DNA from: Clostridia bacterium
GTDB lineage: Bacteria > Bacillota > Clostridia > Christensenellales > UBA1242
DNA: 42,120 nt
Assembly: GCA_045639255.1 (NCBI GenBank)
Contig: JAZUCT010000042.1
Coordinates: forward strand, 1 to 42,120
Direction: 5' to 3'
Under the pieces are notes generated by a model. It was not told the DNA's origin. It did no database searches and saw only the letters and a list, made by a program, of their open reading frames with translations. Each line of letters begins with the position of its first letter. The first letter of the stretch is position 1. Made by a program: the position numbers and the translations under genes. This document shows positions 1 through 9,331 of this stretch, in pieces.

Positions 1-1
1 T

Positions 2-3000
2 GCAACAAGTGCAGTTATTTGTTCAACATCTGCTGTTAACCTTAAACCTGCACTAAGGGTTTATGCTGATGCAAGCCCTTCTGTTATTTCAATTGATAAC
101 TCTTCATTCTCTCAAAGTTCAGTGGATCCAACAAGTTGGAATGCTGTTTCTTCTGAAACTTCAAGTGTTGTTGCAAGAGTTGTTAACACTGATGCTGAAA
201 AATTTGAAGATAATAAAGAAGACTATAAGATTTCTGTTAACCCAGGAAAAGCACAATCTGCAAGCGCAAGCGACACAAATGTTTTTATGATTAACAGTGA
301 AAATGTTGCTGTTGGTTATGGTTATGAATCAAACAAATTCACACTTTCAAGCAACGGTTATTATGTTATTGAAGTTCCTGTTAAAACTCAAAACAATGCT
401 TGGGCATCTGTTTATTTGGTTGATGCAGATAACAACTTTGAACTTAAATGTGAAAATATTGTTTCTTCATCAAGTTACACAACTTACAAATTCTATGTTG
501 CAACTTCAAACACTGAACTTAATGTTAGTTTGCAACTTTATTTAGGTTCAAAAACTAATGTTGCAAAAAATGCAGTGTTCTTTGATGAAATAAAAGCATA
601 TTCTTATGCTGAAAGTTCGTTCTATTCGCTTTATGAACAACGCAATAATAACAGTGCAAGTTCGGTTCCTGCTTACACAACTTATTCTTGGGCAGAAGAT
701 GATAACCAAGAACTTACAAAACTTGCTGCCAATGGTTTTGAACCAAATGAAAATGTGTTTGTTCAAAAAGTTTATTCACTTGAAAGCGGCACAATTTATC
801 CAAACGGGGTTACTGCCCCAACAACTGGAAATATGCTTAACAACTCAAATGCATTGTTACTTTCTAACCCAGAAAGTGCAAGCGTTGGTGTTCGATATAA
901 CAACTCAATAACAGTTAATGCTTTCGATTATGTTCTTTATTCGTTCTATGTTAAAACCAACACAACTGAGGGTGGTTTAACAATTAAACTTGTTCAAGAA
1001 AACAAAGATGGTGAATATGAAACAGTGGGCGAAACAATTTCTGGTTACACCACTTCAAAAACTGACAATAAGTTTAATGGTTGGGAAAAGGTTAGTTTTG
1101 CAATTAAAGCAAGTGCTTTTGAAAACAAAACCTTTAAAACAGAATTTTGGTTGGGAAATGATTCAACTTCTGCAAAAGGTTATGCTTTTGTTGGAAAACG
1201 CACTGTTGAAAGTTTAACAAGTGCTGAATATGAAAAACTAAACACATCAAGTGGTTTAATTAAAATTGATGTTGATAACCTTACCGAAGATGGTTCAAGT
1301 TTTGCAAATCATAGCTTTAATAATTTTGAAAAAGTAAGCGATGAAAACAAGTTTTTTGTTAAACCTGCTAAACTTGAAAAAATTGATAGTTTTACAAATA
1401 ACTATGGAACATGGAATTCAACTGATAACTTTGCAAGTGGAATTGTTAACACAAATGCAAATGTGTTTAATTCAGCAAATTTTCCGTTTGCAAACCCTGG
1501 TTTAACACCAAGTCAAACACATTCTGATATTGAAACTCAAACAAACAATGTGCTTGCAATTTATCAAAATTCATATGCATATCAAGGATACAAAACAAAT
1601 TCAGCAACTTTATCAAGCAATTCGTTCTATAAAGTTTCTGTTTATGTTAAAACCCAAGTTTACTCTGCCCTACAAAATGGCATTGATAATGTTAATGGTG
1701 GTGCAAGATGGGCTTTAACTTATAACAATGTGGTTATAAGTGAATTTAACAATGTTGTTGCAAATGGTAACTGGGTTACACTTTCAACCTACATTCGCAC
1801 AGGACTTGAAAATATGGATATTTCTGCTTCACTAAGCCTTGGAAACGAAGTTTTAAGATGCACTGGTTCTGCCTTCTTTGATGATATGATGATTGAATCT
1901 GCAACCGAAACAGAATTCAAATCTGCAATAACTGGCAACTTTGTTGATGTTGTTGATATGCAAAAAGATGGATTTAACCTTGTTTCAAACAACAAAAATG
2001 GTTATGGCTTATATGAAAGCAAAAACTGGACTACCAATTCAAACAGTAATGAATGTGTTAGCGGTGTTTTAGATACTTCAAACATTAATTCTAGTTATGG
2101 AATTGTCTCACCAGAAGTTCCTGCAAATTCAACCTCAACAAATGTTCTTTATATCAACAATAAAGTTGACCTTGCAACTTCTTACACAAACAAATTCACT
2201 CAAACACTTTCAAGTGGTTCATACTATAAAGTTTCAGTTTGGGCAAAAACAAATGATTTAAGCCAAAGTGAAAGCAATGTTCAATATGAAGATGAAAATA
2301 ACGAAAATGCAATTCCTTATGGTGCATATATCAGCATTGATAAGGTAGAAGAAAGTTTCACTGCCCTAACCAATAATGAATGGAAACAATTTATTTTCTA
2401 TGTTAACTCTGACACAGATATTGAACTTAAATTAAACCTTGGTTTAGGTTCTGAAAAAGCAGTTACAAGTGGTTTTGCATACTTTGCAGATGTTAAAGTG
2501 GAAAGCATGGAAGAAGCAGATTTTACTTCTGCAACTGCTAGTTATGAAGATGGTGAAATCCCTGATAATATTAAAATTGTTAAAACTGCCGTTAAAGATG
2601 TTGAAGATGATGAAGATTCAAGTTCATCAGCAAATAACTTTGATTGGAGCACTTTTGCAATTATGCTTTCAACTTTCATAACAGGTGTTGCACTTGTTGT
2701 TGCAATTGTTGGAACAATTTTAAGAAGAATTAAATTCGATAAGTTTGTTAAAATTAAGAAAAAATCAAATAACTACGACAGAAAGAAAGTTAAACTTAAA
2801 AGTGTTCGCCGTGCAGAAATTGAAAACATTGTTAAAGAAAAAGTTGATGCACTTTCTGCAAAACTTAATAAACTTGAAAAAGATAAAGTTGAACAAGAAC
2901 AAATTCTTGCAAATGCAAAAGATAAATATTTAACTTTCAAAAACAGAAAACTTTCAAAACAAGAAAAATCTGAAATGAAAGTTGCAAGAAATGCTTATTA

Positions 3001-3199
3001 TAATGCATATAATAACCTTGCAAACACAATTGTTGATATTAACATGCTGAAAGATAACATTGCAAAAATAAAATCTGAAAGATATATATTGCAAGAAGAA
3101 TATATGTTAATGCTTAAACAATGGCGTGAAGATAAGCAAGCTTTAAAAATTGAAAAACGCAATCAAAAAGCTAAACAAAAATTAATTAACAAAAAATAG
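2..3199 (+). CDS. Large secreted, C-terminally membrane-anchored protein: 4 CBM4/9-like (galactose-binding-like) repeats, TM helix, Lys/Glu-rich cytoplasmic coiled coil; 5' end lies outside the window
   Basis: Frame is open from position 2 (ATSAVICSTSAVNLKPALRVYA-DASP..., resembling the end of a signal peptide), so the GTG at 122 is not the start. Four repeats of L..x.YY.vsv.vKT ... L.LG....G.AfFddv. TM segment WSTFAIMLSTFITGVALVVAIVGTIL followed by RR. Confidence 0.7.
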   Translation, partial: ATSAVICSTSAVNLKPALRVYADASPSVISIDNSSFSQSSVDPTSWNAVSSETSSVVARVVNTDAEKFEDNKEDYKISVNPGKAQSASASDTNVFMINSENVAVGYGYESNKFTLSSNGYYVIEVPVKTQNNAWASVYLVDADNNFELKCENIVSSSSYTTYKFYVATSNTELNVSLQLYLGSKTNVAKNAVFFDEIKAYSYAESSFYSLYEQRNNNSASSVPAYTTYSWAEDDNQELTKLAANGFEPNENVFVQKVYSLESGTIYPNGVTAPTTGNMLNNSNALLLSNPESASVGVRYNNSITVNAFDYVLYSFYVKTNTTEGGLTIKLVQENKDGEYETVGETISGYTTSKTDNKFNGWEKVSFAIKASAFENKTFKTEFWLGNDSTSAKGYAFVGKRTVESLTSAEYEKLNTSSGLIKIDVDNLTEDGSSFANHSFNNFEKVSDENKFFVKPAKLEKIDSFTNNYGTWNSTDNFASGIVNTNANVFNSANFPFANPGLTPSQTHSDIETQTNNVLAIYQNSYAYQGYKTNSATLSSNSFYKVSVYVKTQVYSALQNGIDNVNGGARWALTYNNVVISEFNNVVANGNWVTLSTYIRTGLENMDISASLSLGNEVLRCTGSAFFDDMMIESATETEFKSAITGNFVDVVDMQKDGFNLVSNNKNGYGLYESKNWTTNSNSNECVSGVLDTSNINSSYGIVSPEVPANSTSTNVLYINNKVDLATSYTNKFTQTLSSGSYYKVSVWAKTNDLSQSESNVQYEDENNENAIPYGAYISIDKVEESFTALTNNEWKQFIFYVNSDTDIELKLNLGLGSEKAVTSGFAYFADVKVESMEEADFTSATASYEDGEIPDNIKIVKTAVKDVEDDEDSSSSANNFDWSTFAIMLSTFITGVALVVAIVGTILRRIKFDKFVKIKKKSNNYDRKKVKLKSVRRAEIENIVKEKVDALSAKLNKLEKDKVEQEQILANAKDKYLTFKNRKLSKQEKSEMKVARNAYYNAYNNLANTIVDINMLKDNIAKIKSERYILQEEYMLMLKQWREDKQALKIEKRNQKAKQKLINKK

Positions 3200-3217
3200 G
3201 CAAATTGCCTATTTTTT
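3191..3217. terminator. Bidirectional intrinsic terminator
   Basis: aaaaaataggca-aat-tgcctatttttt between convergent genes. Confidence 0.8.
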
Positions 3218-3603
3218 TATATAACATTTTGAAAATTAAAGCCTATAACTTTTTCGGTTGAAGTGGTGATGTTTTTAAGCACTGTTAATTCTATATAAGT
3301 GTTTTCTTCGTCGCCTTGCCACATTGTTTGTTGCAACCTTGAAATTTGCACAACAATTTCTTTAAGTTCCTTATAGTTAATGAACATGCTTAAAACTTTT
3401 TCTCGGTTGTGCCAATAAACCCTTATTTCTTCAACTTGATTAAAGGATTGTTCGCTTTGAAAATTTTTATCTATTTCTTGTTCCAAAACTGAAATTTTTT
3501 GTTGCAATCCATCAATGCTTTGTTTTATATAAATTTGTTCCATAACAGCACCTGTTATAAGTGCTGAAAATAACAAAAAAATAATTATGTTTCGTTTTAC
3601 CAT
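3217..3603 (-). CDS. DUF4363-family protein
   Basis: 128 aa, N-terminal TM helix, helical body with W...E..L..FI.Y.EL..I and C-terminal E......NV; directly downstream of DUF421, the usual clostridial pairing. Confidence 0.7.
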   Translation of the reverse strand: MVKRNIIIFLLFSALITGAVMEQIYIKQSIDGLQQKISVLEQEIDKNFQSEQSFNQVEEIRVYWHNREKVLSMFINYKELKEIVVQISRLQQTMWQGDEENTYIELTVLKNITTSTEKVIGFNFQNVI

Positions 3604-4316
3604 TTTCCACCACCTTTATAGTTCACATTGTGAATTATATATTGTGAAAACTTGGGTTGAATATACATTTTTCCGTGTTGATTTATATCGCAATAGGTTA
3701 TATCTTTAATGTTTGTTAAACCATATTTTTTAAGTTCTTGTTTTAAAAAAGTTTCGTCTATCTCGGCAAGTTTTAGGTTATCTTTTTCCAGTTTTCCGCC
3801 ACTTATAAGTGTTAGTGGAAGTGCTGTTTCTTCTTTCACAATTTGCATATCTTGGCTTGTTAATGGACTGGAATTTGCCTTTGGAATAACATTAATTGTT
3901 CCATTTGTTTCCACAATTGCATAATTGATATCTTCAAAACTGAAATAGCCTGCTGTTCGAACTGCTTCGGTTAAATCGCTTATGTTCATGTTTAATTCTT
4001 TAAGAGTGTTAAAATCTATGCCTTTTGGTGTTATAACCAGCTTTGCTTCACCAGAAATTGCTTTTCTGAATGCAATGCTTTTTAAACTTAACCAAGTTAT
4101 TAAAAAATGAAGTGTTAACAGTGTTATAAGTGGCGCAATGCCATGAAGAACAGGAACTGTTAGTTCCGACATTGGAACACATGCCAAATCTGCAATTATA
4201 AGCGTTATAACAAGTTCGAATGGTTGAAGTTCACCCACTTGACGCTTGCCCATAAGCCTTATAACAATAAACACAAAAATATATATTATTAACGACCTGA
4301 ATATTAAAACTAACAT
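3597..4316 (-). CDS. DUF421/YetF-family membrane protein
   Basis: RLMGKRQVGELQPFELVITLIIADL and YAIVETNGTINVIPK motifs. Confidence 0.9.
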   Translation of the reverse strand: MLVLIFRSLIIYIFVFIVIRLMGKRQVGELQPFELVITLIIADLACVPMSELTVPVLHGIAPLITLLTLHFLITWLSLKSIAFRKAISGEAKLVITPKGIDFNTLKELNMNISDLTEAVRTAGYFSFEDINYAIVETNGTINVIPKANSSPLTSQDMQIVKEETALPLTLISGGKLEKDNLKLAEIDETFLKQELKKYGLTNIKDITYCDINQHGKMYIQPKFSQYIIHNVNYKGGGKW

Positions 4317-4329
4317 ATTGTTAGTTTGA

Positions 4330-5847
4330 TTAAATTTGTTGTTTTTTATGTGATTTTTTAGTTAAAAATTGCAATTTTATTTGTGAAACTTTAATAATGT
4401 TGCAAATCATACACAAAACAACATAACAAACACAACCTAAACAAGCAGAAACTGCAATGTTAATTATTGTTGGAAAAACAAACTTTAAAACACCAAAACA
4501 ATTTACAATTATTAAATAGCAAGGAATTGTTAATAAGCATAAAATTGAAATTATTTTGAAAAGCTGAAATTTAATTTTTAGTCTTTTTGAAAGCAAACTT
4601 ATGTTAAGAATTGTTGAAACTGCCATGCATAGCCCCATTCCAACAATAATTGCATTTATGCCAATAAATTTGGGCAAAATAAACAAACACGCAACAAGCA
4701 CAATTGTGCCAAATAAGTAATTAACAAATCCCCTTACTTCCATGCCCACTGCATTAAGCATTGAAGTGGATAAGTTGCTTAGCCCAAGCGGAAGCATTAT
4801 CCAAGATGAAATTTCAAGCAAGTGTCCTGCAATTTCTGAATTAAAAAGAACCATGCCAATTTCCATGCCTAGCCCTGAAAAAATTGGAATGAATATAATT
4901 GAAATTATTGTTGTAAAAATAATTGCAGATTTAACTTGTGACACAATTGCAGATTTATTTTCTGTTGCCATTTTGCTGGATAAATCTGGAATAAGTGCAA
5001 GTGCAAGTGAACCAATGAAGGTTGACGGCAAAAACAGCATTGGAAGAACCATTCCAGTTGTTGCACCATAAAGTGAAAGCGCCTGACTTTCGCTATACCC
5101 CACCAACGAAAGCATGAATGGAACAATTATTGCTGTAACGGGTTGAACCAAACTGCCCACCATTCGAACAGTTGTTATTGGAAGTGAAGATTTAACAAGC
5201 GAAAACATGTTTTGCTTTTGAAAGCAAATTTTACCTTTATTTTTAACATAGTGAATTATGCAAATAACAAGTGAAATTGCACAAGAAATATTAAGTGAAA
5301 CCGCAGTTGCTGTTAACACACTTAACCCAAAAAGCTTGGTTGCAAGCAAAATGCACAATATAATTCGGGCAACTTGTTCAATAAGGTCAACAACACTCAT
5401 TTTGAAAAAGTTAGATTTGCCCCACATATAACTTTTTAACACATTTTGATAACTTGAAAAAATAAAAGCAGGAATCATTAAATAAAGCAAATCAATTGCA
5501 TTTTGGTTTATTTTAAGAAAAACAAATAAACCTTTTAATGCAAACATTATTGCAACTATAACAAGGCAAAATACACTTACAATCACAAGTCCGCTGGTTA
5601 TTGATGTATGAATGTTTTTTTGTTCTTTTTTTGCACTATATACTGCAATTTCCCTTGATAATATGCTTGGAATTCCACTTGTTAACAGGGTTAAAAAAAC
5701 AAAAAATAGAGATATTGCAATTTGATAAATTGCCATACCTTCTTCGCCTATTGAATGTGAAAGATAAATTTTAAAAACAAATCCAAGAAGCCTTGAAATT
5801 ATTGAAAATATTGTTAGCAGAAAAACTGCTTTTGTTAAAGATTTCAT
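4330..5847 (-). CDS. spoVB: Stage V sporulation protein B-like MOP-superfamily flippase
   Basis: Polytopic membrane protein; ISRLLGFVFKIYLSHSIGEEGMAIYQ, EQVARI, LYGATTGMVLPMLFLPS, ALALIPDLS. Confidence 0.8.
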   Translation of the reverse strand: MKSLTKAVFLLTIFSIISRLLGFVFKIYLSHSIGEEGMAIYQIAISLFFVFLTLLTSGIPSILSREIAVYSAKKEQKNIHTSITSGLVIVSVFCLVIVAIMFALKGLFVFLKINQNAIDLLYLMIPAFIFSSYQNVLKSYMWGKSNFFKMSVVDLIEQVARIILCILLATKLFGLSVLTATAVSLNISCAISLVICIIHYVKNKGKICFQKQNMFSLVKSSLPITTVRMVGSLVQPVTAIIVPFMLSLVGYSESQALSLYGATTGMVLPMLFLPSTFIGSLALALIPDLSSKMATENKSAIVSQVKSAIIFTTIISIIFIPIFSGLGMEIGMVLFNSEIAGHLLEISSWIMLPLGLSNLSTSMLNAVGMEVRGFVNYLFGTIVLVACLFILPKFIGINAIIVGMGLCMAVSTILNISLLSKRLKIKFQLFKIISILCLLTIPCYLIIVNCFGVLKFVFPTIINIAVSACLGCVCYVVLCMICNIIKVSQIKLQFLTKKSHKKQQI

Positions 5848-5917
5848 TTCTTTTCGCCTTAATATATTAATATTTGTGCATGCTTTAAAATATACATAGT
5901 TACAAAGGGGAAAAGGA

Positions 5918-6211
5918 ATGAAAGAAGTTTACGAGCAAAATATTATTTATCAGTTAAAAGAAAACGAAACACTTGAAAGTGTTTGCAATGAATTTAAGGT
6001 AAGCATTAACCATGTTAAACGAATTAATAACATAGAAAACGCAACCTATGGTGATTATGTGTTTTTTGATAAAATAAATCTTAAAATACATATTGTTAAA
6101 CCCAACCAAACAATTGATGATATTGCAAAAATTTATGGAACAACAGCAGAAAACATTAAAAAACAAAACAACATTTCTGCAATTTTTTTAGGGCAACAAT
6201 TAATTATTTAA
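5918..6211 (+). CDS. Small tandem-LysM protein without signal peptide (possibly spore-associated)
   Basis: YQLKENETLESVCNEF and HIVKPNQTIDDIAKIYGTTAENIKKQN...GQQLII; SD aagga/gggg upstream. Confidence 0.75.
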   Translation: MKEVYEQNIIYQLKENETLESVCNEFKVSINHVKRINNIENATYGDYVFFDKINLKIHIVKPNQTIDDIAKIYGTTAENIKKQNNISAIFLGQQLII

Positions 6212-6237
6212 AAAAAGGCTTAAATCAGCCTTTTTTT
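6211..6237. terminator. Bidirectional intrinsic terminator overlapping the cdd stop codon
   Basis: aaaaaaggct-taaatc-agccttttttt. Confidence 0.7.
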
Positions 6238-6620
6238 AGATTTGTTGGATAAAATGCGTGTGGCAACAATTCTTTGATGTTATATACTTCAAATTCCGTT
6301 TCATTTTTTGCACACACAACCATTGCATTTTCGTTATGTTCAATTATAACTTGCCTGCAAGCACCGCATGGATAGCAAAAATTGTTTTCACTGCCAATAA
6401 CTGCAATTGTTTTGATTTTTGAATTGCCTTTTGAAATTGCTGAATAAATTGCCGTGCGCTCAGCACAATTTGATGAACCAGCAATATTTTCAACATTGCA
6501 ACCTGTTACAACTTCACCATTTTCGCACAAAATTGCACAACCAACTTTAAACTTTGAATAAGGTGCATATGCGTTTTGTTTTGCTTGTTTTGCAAGTTTT
6601 ATTAATTCAATATAATCCAT
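6225..6620 (-). CDS. cdd: Cytidine deaminase (homotetrameric type)
   Basis: AYAPYSKFKVG, GCNVEN, CAERTA, PCGACRQ zinc motifs. Confidence 0.95.
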   Translation of the reverse strand: MDYIELIKLAKQAKQNAYAPYSKFKVGCAILCENGEVVTGCNVENIAGSSNCAERTAIYSAISKGNSKIKTIAVIGSENNFCYPCGACRQVIIEHNENAMVVCAKNETEFEVYNIKELLPHAFYPTNLKKG

Positions 6621-6629
6621 ATAATTTTC

Positions 6630-7154
6630 CTATTGTTTGTTTTGTTTAAAATAACCATTTAAGTGCATTTTTGTTTCGTTAACAAATATGAATGCCTTAG
6701 GGTCGAACTTTTTAACAATTGATGTTGCATCTTTTTGATATTTTGTATCCAATTCAATGAAAAGCATGCACTTTTTAGTGTCGGAATTAACACCATGTGC
6801 ATCAACAATTGTTACACCATAGCCTTTATCACGCAAGGCATTGAAAAGTTCCTGATTATGCGTTGTTACAATTTGAATTGTTACTGTGCCACGAATAAAT
6901 AATTTAACAAACATTCCGCCAATAAATGTGCCCAAAGCATAACCTAAGGCATAACTTATTGCAATAAAAATGCTTTCAGTTTCAGTGTTAAGTGCTTCGC
7001 GAACAACCAAGAACCAGATAAAAACTTCACAAAAACCAATTGTTGATGCTATGTGTGGTTTGCCACGAACCGTCATAATTGTTCTTACTGTTGAAAGCGA
7101 AACATCAAGAATTCTTCCGAACAACACAACCATGCATAAAATAAAAATTTCCAT
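6630..7154 (-). CDS. UPF0316 / DUF5698-DUF2179 membrane protein
   Basis: RILDVSLSTVRTI, IGFCEVFIW, YALGYALG, LRDKGYGVT, DPKAF. Confidence 0.85.
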   Translation of the reverse strand: MEIFILCMVVLFGRILDVSLSTVRTIMTVRGKPHIASTIGFCEVFIWFLVVREALNTETESIFIAISYALGYALGTFIGGMFVKLFIRGTVTIQIVTTHNQELFNALRDKGYGVTIVDAHGVNSDTKKCMLFIELDTKYQKDATSIVKKFDPKAFIFVNETKMHLNGYFKQNKQ

Positions 7155-7179
7155 TATTACCCCTTAATTAAGTAAAATA

Positions 7180-7209
7180 ATTATAACTAAAATAATTTAA
7201 TTTAGTCAA
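7180..7209 (-). promoter_or_regulatory. SigA-type promoter for the DUF2179-cdd operon
   Basis: TTGACT-18 nt-TATAAT on the minus strand. Confidence 0.65.
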
Positions 7210-7210
7210 T

Positions 7211-7234
7211 AAAAAACACAGCATTTGCCGTGTT
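7211..7234 (-). terminator. Intrinsic terminator after the glycosyltransferase gene
   Basis: Minus strand aacacggca-aa-tgctgtgtttttt. Confidence 0.6.
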
Positions 7235-8525
7235 AATTATTGCTTTCATTGTTTTTTTGATTTTTAACCACTTTTGATAAGTGATGTTTTCTTTTTCGTT
7301 TTTGTTTGGTTGCTGTTGAATTTGCTTGAATAATTTGTTTAATAACTTGTGCATTATCAATTTCTTCGGGATTTAAGCAGTTTGAATAATCGGCATTTTC
7401 AAAACTTTCAACAAAATAACAAATATCAGTTAAAGCATTTGGTTTTCTGAATTTTTTAATGTTAACTTTTAAAGTGTTTGCAATATCTGGATAATCCATT
7501 AAAAGTTCAACTGCTTTATTAAGTTTAAGTTCTTTTTGAATTTTTATTGCACACTTGTTTTTATCCAAAAATTCAATGTTTCTTATTTCTTGATATGGAA
7601 GTTTTCCATAGCCCAAAAGTGGCAATTCAAGGTTAAGTGATTCGTTTATTGAAATGCAACCGCATTTACCCACAAGCACATCACTTGCACTCATAAATTC
7701 ATGAACATTATTAACAAAACCATAATTTAAAATTTTATGTTTACATTTTTTGTGTTTAGAAATGAACTTATTCATTTTTTCATAGCTTTTTTCATCTCGG
7801 CCATTAATAACACAAATTTGAACTGGATTTTTAATTTTTATAAGTTTTTTAACAATTTTATCGGTTTTTCCAAATGCACCGCCGTTCATAACAAGAATTG
7901 TGAACAAATCAGGGTTAAGTTTTAAATTATTCCTTGCTTCAATTTTATCAATTGCATTGTTAAATTCTTTTTTTGTTGGCAAGCCAAATGGTTTTATTTT
8001 TTCAGGATCAAATCCCCTTTTAACAATTTCCAATTCAAGTGCTTCTGCTGGTGAAATTATATAATCAATTCCATTGCTGGCTTCCCAGAATGGATGAACC
8101 ATATAGTCGGTTAAAATTCCAACAATTTTTGCATTAATTGGTAAAATTTTTCTTAAATTTGTTAATATTACTGCTGGAAAACAATGAGTTAAAATTATAA
8201 CATCTGGTTTATAGTTATAAATGCATTTTAAAACTTCTGGGCTTTCGTTTAAAACAGTTGCTTGAATTGGTGCTTTTTCACGATTTAATGGTTTTAAATC
8301 GGCTAACTTTTTAAATATTTTATTAAATGCAAATAAAAAATATCGGCAACTTAAAATATAGCCTTCATCTGTTATTTGAAACTTAAATTCATTTGATAAA
8401 TCTTTAAATAAATTAACAGTTTTAACAACATTGTTTGGATTTTCTTTAAGTTGGTTTGCAACAGCCTTTGCCACTGAATTATGCCCTTCGCCAGCAGATA
8501 CCGTTAAAATAAGAAATTTTTTCAT
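7233..8525 (-). CDS. MGDG-synthase / UgtP-like diacylglycerol glycosyltransferase (GT28)
   Basis: SAGEGHNSVAKA, KPDVIILTH, LTDYMVHPFW, GFVNNVHEFMSASD, QEIRN. Confidence 0.85.
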   Translation of the reverse strand: MKKFLILTVSAGEGHNSVAKAVANQLKENPNNVVKTVNLFKDLSNEFKFQITDEGYILSCRYFLFAFNKIFKKLADLKPLNREKAPIQATVLNESPEVLKCIYNYKPDVIILTHCFPAVILTNLRKILPINAKIVGILTDYMVHPFWEASNGIDYIISPAEALELEIVKRGFDPEKIKPFGLPTKKEFNNAIDKIEARNNLKLNPDLFTILVMNGGAFGKTDKIVKKLIKIKNPVQICVINGRDEKSYEKMNKFISKHKKCKHKILNYGFVNNVHEFMSASDVLVGKCGCISINESLNLELPLLGYGKLPYQEIRNIEFLDKNKCAIKIQKELKLNKAVELLMDYPDIANTLKVNIKKFRKPNALTDICYFVESFENADYSNCLNPEEIDNAQVIKQIIQANSTATKQKRKRKHHLSKVVKNQKNNESNN

Positions 8526-8570
8526 AATATTACCTTTATTTATTATTAATAATTTTGATTTAAATTGGTT

Positions 8571-8599
8571 AAAAAATGCTTCGCTTGAAGCACTTTTTT
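8571..8599. terminator. Intrinsic terminator after sipW
   Basis: aaaaaa-tgcttc-gctt-gaagca-cttttt. Confidence 0.7.
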
Positions 8600-9314
8600 A
8601 AATTGAATATTGGGGCATTGATAAATAATTTCTATAAGCAAAATAACTTGCCCCCAATGCTATTATAAGCAAAAGAATTTGATTTTTTAATGTTACAATT
8701 ATAAGCCCAACATACCAAATGCAATAGAAAACTTTGCCTTTTATGTTTGCATATGTTATGGCTGGATCAACAGTTCCTAAACTGTTGCCTGTTCCATGAG
8801 TTAATATTTGCCCGCCTGATGTTTGAATTTCATATTGAAATATTTCGCCATTTAAATTGCATTCAACAATTTCACCTTTTTGAAAAGTTCCACTTTGTTT
8901 TATTGCAATAATTTGGTGTGTTGTGAAAATTTTTCCATTTTTAGAGAAAGTAACAACATCGCCAACTTTTAGTTCTTCAAAACTTACATTTTTAACAAGA
9001 ACAACTGCACCTGGTTCAATGCTTGGGCGCATACTTCCACTTGTTACAATGAAAGGTTGATAGCCAATAAGAATTGCAATTATTAATGTTAAGATTGAAG
9101 CATAAACAAAGTTTGGAATAACCTTTTTTAATGTTTCTTTTTTTACACTAAAATTAGGTGTTTTTTCAAATATGAATTGTTTATGTTTTTTTAAACTTAA
9201 AACAATAACTGCGGAAACTATTAATGCAATAATTACATTAATTAAACCTGCGTTGTTTAAAAGAAATTTTTTAATTAAGGTTAGTTTAAAATAGTTTCCG
9301 CTTAAAGTTATCAT
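8598..9314 (-). CDS. sipW: ER-type (S26B) signal peptidase I, SipW-like, divergent
   Basis: IVTSGSMRP (Ser), GDVVTF, TTHQI (His), IKGKV; N- and C-terminal TM helices; SD AAGGA. Confidence 0.8.
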   Translation of the reverse strand: MITLSGNYFKLTLIKKFLLNNAGLINVIIALIVSAVIVLSLKKHKQFIFEKTPNFSVKKETLKKVIPNFVYASILTLIIAILIGYQPFIVTSGSMRPSIEPGAVVLVKNVSFEELKVGDVVTFSKNGKIFTTHQIIAIKQSGTFQKGEIVECNLNGEIFQYEIQTSGGQILTHGTGNSLGTVDPAITYANIKGKVFYCIWYVGLIIVTLKNQILLLIIALGASYFAYRNYLSMPQYSI

Positions 9315-9331
9315 GTTTTATTCCTTTAATT

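Noticed and set aside
5848-5917. SigE/SigK promoters for spoVB and the LysM gene (and a SigK-like ACC-16-CATA upstream of the SleL-like gene, ~24011-24033)
   Set aside because: Matches are too degenerate in AT-rich DNA to call.
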